Below are positions 58,241-64,000 of a DNA stretch of 64,000 bases, one piece after another. Below the pieces are notes generated by a model. It was not told the origin of the DNA. It worked only from the letters and a program-made list of their open reading frames with translations, and did not search any database. Position numbers and translations under genes: made by a program. The stretch comes from Bacillota bacterium (GTDB lineage Bacteria; Bacillota; Dehalobacteriia; UBA4068), in NCBI GenBank assembly GCA_036733985.1, contig DAIMZM010000001.1, positions 36 through 64,035 on the forward strand, written 5' to 3'. Positions within the stretch are counted from its first letter, which is position 1; each line of letters begins with the position of its first letter.

Positions 58241-59845
58241 CTATTCCAGCCATTCAACCAAATCCCGGAATTCTTCCCGGTAAGGGTCGCTTAAATCCAG
58301 GCCGTCCAGGGTATCCAGCACCTGGTCCAGGCTGGTGTCGCCCTTGTAGGCGCTGTCCCGGATGACCAGGGAAAGCGCCGCTACCGCGCTGACGAAGCGC
58401 CAGTCCCGGCTGGGGCTATCGGTCAGTTCAGCTTCGCCAAAGGCATAGGCCAGCAGACGGCTTTCGCTGGCGCCGGGGTTCTTATAGCGCACGGAGAGGG
58501 TCAGCCATTCCCCACTGTCCGCAGTCCCGCTCAAAGAGCCGCTGTCCTGATATTTCAGGTCCGTGCCCTGGACTTCCATGTCCGAATCCAGCGGAACCAG
58601 CTCATAGGCCACCGTGACCTGATGGCCCGCGCCCACCTCCCCCCCGTCCTTGCTATCGTCCTTAAAATCCGCCGTGGCCAGCTGCCGGTTCTCATAGCCG
58701 ATCTGCCGGTAACCTTTCACATAGGCCGGGTTGAACTCGATTTGCAGCTTCACGTCGTCGGCCACGGTGAGCAGGGTGGCGGTGATATCCTCTCCCAGCA
58801 CCTTTTCCGCCTCGTCCAGGCAATCGATATAATGGTAATTGCCATTGCCGTGATCGGCCAGGGTCTCCATTTTATTGTCCTTGTAATTGCCCTGGCCAAA
58901 GCCCAGCACCGAGAGATAGACGCCGTTTTGCCGCTGCTCGCTGACATAGTCGTGGAGGTCGGAAACGCTGGTCATGCCCACATTCAGATCCCCGTCGGAA
59001 GCCATGATGATGCGGTTGTTGCCGCCTTCGATATAGTTTTTCTGTGCCAGGCGATAGGCCATTTCCAGGCCGGATTGCCCATCGGTGCTGCCCCCGGCGG
59101 ACAGCCTGCGGATGGCCCGCAGGATCTCTTTGTCCTCATTGCCGTTGGCCCCGTCCAGCACCACCCGCTCCTCCCCGGCATAGGTGACGATGGAAACCGT
59201 ATCCTTGGGCCCCAGCCGCTCTACCAGGTAGGTGAAAGCGTCCTGGAGCAGGGGCAGCTTATCCGGGCTGTCCATGGAGCCGGAAACGTCCAGCAGGAAC
59301 ACCAGATTGGAGGCGGGGGCGTTTTCATAATCCAGGGGCTCTGTGGCCAGGCCCAGCACCAGCAGCAGGGTATCGCTGTTCCAGGGGCAAGGGCTGATCT
59401 CCGCGCTGACGCCGAAAGGCTCGCCCCGGGCCGGGGCCGGGTAATCATAACGGAAATAATTGACCAGCTCCTCGGTGCGGATCGCGCCGCTGGGGATCTG
59501 ATCCAGGCTATAGCCCTCCCGGATCAGGCGGCGGAGATTAGCATAGCTGGCCGTATCCACATCCGCGGCAAAGGTGGACAAGGGCCGGTCCGCCACGGCC
59601 ACAAAGGGGCTTTCACTGATCACGTCATATTCCTCCGTGTTCCAGTCCGTTTCCTGCCATTCCCCCGTGGGCGTCAGGGCTTCCGGTTCACTGCCTTCAT
59701 CGGCGGCGGCATCCGTACCGGCAGCCCCTGAGGGGGCTTCTTCCGCCGGGGCCGGGGCTCCGTTGACGTACATGCCGCTGCCGCAGGCGGTGAGAAGCAG
59801 GCAAAGGCTGATCAGAATCAGCGTCAGGCTAAGGGTCTTTTTCAT
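58241..59845 (-). CDS. VWA domain-containing lipoprotein (YfbK-like)
   Basis: Lipobox LLTACG; vWFA MIDAS motif (DVSGSM), C-terminal beta-rich domain. Confidence 0.8.
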   Translation of the reverse strand: MKKTLSLTLILISLCLLLTACGSGMYVNGAPAPAEEAPSGAAGTDAAADEGSEPEALTPTGEWQETDWNTEEYDVISESPFVAVADRPLSTFAADVDTASYANLRRLIREGYSLDQIPSGAIRTEELVNYFRYDYPAPARGEPFGVSAEISPCPWNSDTLLLVLGLATEPLDYENAPASNLVFLLDVSGSMDSPDKLPLLQDAFTYLVERLGPKDTVSIVTYAGEERVVLDGANGNEDKEILRAIRRLSAGGSTDGQSGLEMAYRLAQKNYIEGGNNRIIMASDGDLNVGMTSVSDLHDYVSEQRQNGVYLSVLGFGQGNYKDNKMETLADHGNGNYHYIDCLDEAEKVLGEDITATLLTVADDVKLQIEFNPAYVKGYRQIGYENRQLATADFKDDSKDGGEVGAGHQVTVAYELVPLDSDMEVQGTDLKYQDSGSLSGTADSGEWLTLSVRYKNPGASESRLLAYAFGEAELTDSPSRDWRFVSAVAALSLVIRDSAYKGDTSLDQVLDTLDGLDLSDPYREEFRDLVEWLE

Positions 59846-59909
59846 GGGCGCACCTCCGTTATTTGCTTTGCTACCCATAAAGACGCTGGCCCCCGGGCTT
59901 TTGTGACGG

Positions 59910-60572
59910 TTAGGTGAACAATAAATTTTCCGCCAGCTTAAGGGCCTCCTCCCGGAGTAGATCAGTACGGATGGTCACCGGGTAACCGGGCGCATAACAG
60001 ATCAGTTCCCATTCGCCGCCGGTTTCTTTGAGATACCAGAGCCCGTTGGCTAAGGTCAGCCATTCATAGCTTTTATCCCGGGCCAATTCCCCTTCCGTCA
60101 GGCTGCCGTCTGTTGAGATATGGATATATTGCCCGGCTTCATTGGCCCAGCTGCCTTCCGCCGTAGCAGTGAAGCCTGCCGGCAGCCAGCCCGGCCTGGA
60201 GACGGGTTGCGGTTCCCCGGCATCTTCCCCCGCCTCCCCGGAGGGTTCGGCGGCTTCCTGGGCAGGCGGCGCGGTGGCCGGGGCCTCCGCCCCGGCCCCG
60301 AACAAAGCGCGGAACAGTCCGGCCCCGCTGCCCAGGCCGATGAACAGCAGCAGGCAGGCGGCGGTAACCGCGGCCCAAACCCAGCCGGGGATGGGACGGC
60401 GCTGAGGCCTTTGCTTGCCGCTGATCAGCGCCTGGATCCTGGCGTCCAGGGCGGGGGTGGTGACGCAGGCGACCGCTCCCTGCTCAAAGCGGGCGATCTC
60501 CGCGTCCAGGGCCTGCTCATACTCAAACAAAGCCGCTTTCAGCACGGTTTCTTGCCAATGAAGATCAGCCAC
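59910..60572 (-). CDS. anti-sigma factor, single TM, DUF4367-like extracytoplasmic domain
   Basis: 8-nt overlap with the sigma gene, central TM helix, Pro/Ala/Glu-rich linker. Confidence 0.65.
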   Translation of the reverse strand: MADLHWQETVLKAALFEYEQALDAEIARFEQGAVACVTTPALDARIQALISGKQRPQRRPIPGWVWAAVTAACLLLFIGLGSGAGLFRALFGAGAEAPATAPPAQEAAEPSGEAGEDAGEPQPVSRPGWLPAGFTATAEGSWANEAGQYIHISTDGSLTEGELARDKSYEWLTLANGLWYLKETGGEWELICYAPGYPVTIRTDLLREEALKLAENLLFT

Positions 60573-61095
60573 GCTCTTCCCCTCCCTTCGCCAGCTGTTC
60601 CGCCAATTTGGCCAGGCCCCGGCTCAGCCGCTGCCGGGCGTTTTCCGGGCTGACGCCGGTCAGCTCACCGATCTGCCGGGAATCCAGATCCAGATAATAT
60701 TTCAGATACAGCGCGTCCCGGTAATTGGGGGGCAGCGCAGCCAAAGCCGCCCGCAGATCCAGGCTGGCTTCCTGTTCCGGCCCGGCGGCGGCATCAGCGC
60801 TGCCCAGCCGCGCCAAAATCTCGTCTTCCAAGGGCTCCGGCCGTCCTTGGCGCAGCAGGTCCCGGCAGACGTTCCTGACCACAATGACGAGATAGCGCTT
60901 CAGTTTGTGACGCTCCAGGCTCCGCAGGGTCTGCTGATGCCGGAGCAGCTTCAGCCACACGGTTTGCGCCGCGTCCTCCGCCAAATAAGTATCCCGCAGC
61001 AATTCTTTGGCAATATAGTAGATCAGCTTATGATAATCCTGATACAATTCAGCCAGAAAGCCGCTTGTATCCAAAGCCAGCAATAAAGCCAGCAT
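60565..61095 (-). CDS. RNA polymerase sigma-70 family (ECF-like) sigma factor
   Basis: Region 2 (YHKLIYYIAKELL...DAAQTVWLKL) and region 4 HTH (SRQIGELTGVSPENARQRLSRG). Confidence 0.8.
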   Translation of the reverse strand: MLALLLALDTSGFLAELYQDYHKLIYYIAKELLRDTYLAEDAAQTVWLKLLRHQQTLRSLERHKLKRYLVIVVRNVCRDLLRQGRPEPLEDEILARLGSADAAAGPEQEASLDLRAALAALPPNYRDALYLKYYLDLDSRQIGELTGVSPENARQRLSRGLAKLAEQLAKGGEERG

Positions 61096-61164
61096 CAGGC
61101 CACCCCCTCTTGCCCGTATTCCTTAGGCCAAGTGTAGCATATCCGCCCGGCTGCGGTAAAGCTA

Positions 61165-61210
61165 ATTGAAAAAACCGCAGCAATCATAATCGATAACTGC
61201 GGCTTTTGAT
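61165..61210. terminator. bidirectional terminator (CCGCAG-N16-CTGCGG flanked by A6/T4 runs)
   Basis: Read directly between the C_GCAxxG gene end and the sigma gene start. Confidence 0.55.
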
Positions 61211-61260
61211 TTCAGGGTCAAACAAGGGGCGGTTTTCACTTTAGCGGATGCGGCTGCCGC

Positions 61261-61692
61261 TTACAATAAATCTTCCAGTATCTCCAGGGCATCCGCCACA
61301 AAAGCAGGGCAAACTTCCAGAAAGACACCGCTTTCCGCGGCCCGGGCAAAGGCTCCGGGCTGGGAAAAATCATAGCTGATCAGTTCCCGGCAAATCGTCG
61401 TGCCATGCTTCTCCATAAAGCGCTGCTGGAATTCGGCCACTTTTTCCCGGCACAGCGCGTCCTGCTCCTGGTCGCCGGGCTGAAAATGGCCGTATTTCAT
61501 GCCAATGGCGATCATCGCGCCGGTTACCGCGCCGCAGGTATCGCCCCGGAACATGCCGGCGCCGAAAGGCGCGGCCATCCGCAGGGCTTCCTCCCGGTCA
61601 TAGCCCAGTTCTTCCGCCACTTCCCCCAGGACGACCTGGGAGCAATGGATGGATTTTTGAAACTGATTTCCGATCTGGGTTTTTGTCAGCAT
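61261..61692 (-). CDS. C_GCAxxG_C_C family putative redox-active protein
   Basis: Family-defining Cys pattern (C...GDTCGAVTG...C) in about 140 aa; GGAGG RBS at the trimmed start MLTKTQ. Confidence 0.75.
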   Translation of the reverse strand: MLTKTQIGNQFQKSIHCSQVVLGEVAEELGYDREEALRMAAPFGAGMFRGDTCGAVTGAMIAIGMKYGHFQPGDQEQDALCREKVAEFQQRFMEKHGTTICRELISYDFSQPGAFARAAESGVFLEVCPAFVADALEILEDLL

Positions 61693-61799
61693 GGGATTTT
61701 CCTCCTCTATGTTTTTTTGTAGCAGACGGCTGGCTGCTGTTCCACAATTCCTGAGCACCAAACGCAGCGGAAATTAAATGTCCCCCCAGGGATTGGGCC

Positions 61800-61991
61800 T
61801 CACTTATCCTCAAGTTCAGCCTCGACCTCAGCCACCTTTCCCCTGGCCAGCGCTTCCGGAATATAGATGAAGCCGCAGCAAGGGCATTGGGGCAAATCCA
61901 CATTAAAATGATGCCCCAGATATTCCAGGGTCGCGTTTTTAACAACCAGCGGGGTCTGGCAGCAGCCGCAAATCAGATCCGATTCATCCAT
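61800..61991 (-). CDS. small zinc-ribbon protein (63 aa; CGCC...CPCC)
   Basis: Starts 4 nt after the stop of the upstream oxidoreductase; two Cys pairs 26 residues apart. Confidence 0.55.
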   Translation of the reverse strand: MDESDLICGCCQTPLVVKNATLEYLGHHFNVDLPQCPCCGFIYIPEALARGKVAEVEAELEDK

Positions 61992-61995
61992 ATCT

Positions 61996-63993
61996 CTACC
62001 TCGGCAGACGCAGGCGGTGGCAATAAGCGGCGTGGAGCATATAGGCGTCCGCTGTTTTTTCATATTCCGCCCAATAAGTAATGGGGCCAATGGCCAAATT
62101 GCCGACGCAATGGCCATTGTCACGGCGGATGGCTTTCCGCCCGCTTTTCTCACAATGCGCAATGGTTTGCCAAATATCTTCCCGGAGGATCAAATCCCTG
62201 TCCATCTGTTCCGCCAAATCAGCCGGAATCGTGAGGGCGACGCCCGCCCCGGGATAGGTTGCCCCGGCAGCCCCATCCAGGCCGAAATATTCCCTTAAAG
62301 CCCGCTGCTTTAGCAAAAAGCGGTTTTCCCGGCGCTGATCAATACCCGGCGCCGGCCTGGACTTGCCGTTCAGGGCAAAGAGCAGGTCCAGCAGGTGGTA
62401 GCAGCTTTTGCCGGACTTGGCGAAAAGATCCCGGCAATTGGCGCAATAGGTCAGGTAAGGCAAAGGGCTTTCGGCGATCCGCTTTTGAATGACGTCCGCG
62501 GCAAAAGCCGGCGCGGCAACGGCGGAATGACCGCCCCAGCCGCAGCAACGGCCTATTTCCCCGCTATCCGGCAATTCTTCCGGCACATAGCCCGCATCAG
62601 CCGCCAGCTGCCTGACGCTTTGCCTGAGCTCTGGGTCGTCCTTGGCGGAGCAGGGATCGAATACCGCCAGGGCCTCCGGCTCCGCCTGAGCCGGCCCGGC
62701 GATTCCCCAGGCCGCCATCAGGGTATAAAGGGATAGGCCTTTGATCCCGGGTAAATATTTGGCAAACATCTTTTGGCAGGTGGCGCAGGCAAAAATCACC
62801 TGGGGCCGGCCCAGGCCGGCCCATTCCTGTTCCAGGGTTTCCAGCTGCTGTCGCAGCAGCCCTTCTTCGCCGGCCCATTCGGCGGGAGCGGCACAGCAGG
62901 ACAGCCAGAGCGCCGTATCCGGCTGCCGCTCCCTCAGCCAGGCATAGCTCCGCAGCACATATTCAGGATCGCTGGCTCCCAGCTGGCAGCCGGGAAAAAA
63001 GGCAAAGGCGCTTTTCTTTAAACCTGGGGGGCGCTGCGCAAGATGGCAAAGATCCCCGGTGGCAAAGGCCATGTCCCGCAGCCAGAAATCGTGGAAAGGC
63101 CCGGGCATTAAGTCCAGCTGCCGCAGCCTGCGCCGGCTTTGGAGGAAAAAATCTTCCATGGCCACATCCGCCGGGCAGGCTTTGAGGCAATTGCCGCAGG
63201 CGGTGCAGGAATTGATCAGCCGCAGCGCGCCCTTGGGGCTGAAACTGTCCGGCTCAAAGGTGGCGAAGACTTCGTTCTTGATCTTTAACGGATACCGCTG
63301 GTAATACGTCATCAGATCACAATGGCGCAGGCAATTATCGCAATCGCATTTCAAACAGCGGGCCGCTTCCGCCTGGGCTTCCTCAGAGGTATAGTCCGCT
63401 GCCTCCGGGATGACCGGCGGCAGCGGCTTGATTTCCAGGGGAAAAGGGAAAGGGTTGGCCTTTGGCTCGCTCTGGGCAGGAGCGCCGCCGCCCCGCAGAA
63501 AGGCCTGGATGGCCCCTGCCGCCTGCAAGCCCTGGGCAATGGCGGTCACCGGATCCGCGCCGGTCAGTTCGCCGCCTAAAAACACCTGGGGCAGCCGGGT
63601 GCGCGGCGCGGAGGGATCCGGCAGCGGCAGCAAACCGAAGTCCCGCCCCCCTTTGCCGGTGGCGATATAGACCGCGTCCGCAGCCAGCCCGCCCAGGTCT
63701 TTGATCTCCTGTTCCAGCAGCAGCTGATAGCGGATAAACTGAAACTCACGGGCGAATTCCTGGGTGAAGATTGCTTCGCCTGCCAGGCGTCTGGCTTGCC
63801 CTCCCGGCCGGCTGGTTTTTTCATAAACGCTGACCTGATAGCTTTTTTCCGCCAAGCGGATGGCGCAGGCCAAGCCGCTCATCCCCCCGCCCACCACGGC
63901 CACCCGCTCTGCTTTGGGGGGCAGATGATAATCCGGCGGATCCTTTTTACCAGCCAGATTGGCGCAAGCCCGTTCCAGCTCCGCCAAGGCCAC
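61996..63993 (-). CDS. FAD/NAD(P)-binding oxidoreductase fused to a 4Fe-4S ferredoxin domain and tandem CCG domains (HdrD/GlpC-like), with about 100-aa C-terminal extension; N-terminus may extend beyond the window
   Basis: VAVVGGGMSGLACA Rossmann motif, CTACGNCLKACP ferredoxin motif, CCG motifs (CCAAP, RCCGWGG); frame stays open upstream of the Met at 63993 to the window edge. Confidence 0.8.
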   Translation of the reverse strand: MALAELERACANLAGKKDPPDYHLPPKAERVAVVGGGMSGLACAIRLAEKSYQVSVYEKTSRPGGQARRLAGEAIFTQEFAREFQFIRYQLLLEQEIKDLGGLAADAVYIATGKGGRDFGLLPLPDPSAPRTRLPQVFLGGELTGADPVTAIAQGLQAAGAIQAFLRGGGAPAQSEPKANPFPFPLEIKPLPPVIPEAADYTSEEAQAEAARCLKCDCDNCLRHCDLMTYYQRYPLKIKNEVFATFEPDSFSPKGALRLINSCTACGNCLKACPADVAMEDFFLQSRRRLRQLDLMPGPFHDFWLRDMAFATGDLCHLAQRPPGLKKSAFAFFPGCQLGASDPEYVLRSYAWLRERQPDTALWLSCCAAPAEWAGEEGLLRQQLETLEQEWAGLGRPQVIFACATCQKMFAKYLPGIKGLSLYTLMAAWGIAGPAQAEPEALAVFDPCSAKDDPELRQSVRQLAADAGYVPEELPDSGEIGRCCGWGGHSAVAAPAFAADVIQKRIAESPLPYLTYCANCRDLFAKSGKSCYHLLDLLFALNGKSRPAPGIDQRRENRFLLKQRALREYFGLDGAAGATYPGAGVALTIPADLAEQMDRDLILREDIWQTIAHCEKSGRKAIRRDNGHCVGNLAIGPITYWAEYEKTADAYMLHAAYCHRLRLPR

Positions 63994-64000
63994 CGGGGCG

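Overview
This 64-kb window looks like a single chromosomal segment from a high-GC (about 60-65% by eye) Firmicutes/Clostridia-like genome, judging by gene content (DAK2/YloV-recG, glyQS, ppdK, DegV, a SpoIIQ-like M23 protein). Most long ORFs in the six-frame track are antisense or alternate-frame artefacts of the high GC content; I call about 55 genes from recognisable family signatures.

Gene content, in order:
- a class-V aminotransferase (serC-like), serA and a DUF1015 protein
- feoA, feoB and a FeoB-associated Cys-rich micro-protein that falls below the track's 60-aa cutoff
- an MFS transporter and an oppABCDF-type peptide ABC operon
- a hydantoinase/oxoprolinase cluster (hyuA/hyuB) with a cupin, a DUF3830-like protein and two paralogous XRE-HTH/cupin regulators
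- a degenerate M23 protein, a ZIP metal transporter and a DegV protein
- a roughly 2.3-kb low-GC islet carrying MarR, an ArsA/Get3-family ATPase with an HSP20-like C-terminus, and a small protein
- ppdK, glyQ/glyS and gltX
- asp23, yloV and recG
- a Cys-rich double zinc-ribbon membrane protein, pyrG and an Sfp-type PPTase
- selD, yqeB and yqeC (the selenium-dependent molybdenum hydroxylase maturation trait)
- a NitT/TauT-type ABC system with an embedded lipoprotein, and a polar amino-acid ABC system
- a secreted protein with tandem Cu-amine-oxidase-N-like repeats, a THEP1-like NTPase, an alpha/beta hydrolase and a PH-domain protein
- a LytTR regulatory system (LytTR plus a LiaF-like membrane protein) divergent from a patatin-like phospholipase and a small protein
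- mutY and a VWA-lipoprotein/anti-sigma/ECF-sigma triad
- a redox trio: an HdrD/GlpC-like flavo-FeS-CCG oxidoreductase, a zinc-ribbon protein and a C_GCAxxG_C_C protein

No rRNA, tRNA, CRISPR array or integrase/transposase was found.

Candidates for something undescribed, all with modest support:
- the low-GC MarR/ArsA-HSP20/small-protein islet
- the LytTR system next to the patatin pair, with phased direct repeats in the shared intergenic region
- the HdrD-like/zinc-ribbon/C_GCAxxG redox module
- several structured intergenic RNAs (serA-DUF1015, yloV-recG, and the leader of the secreted protein)

All functional calls are inferred from motifs read by eye; nothing was searched or computed.
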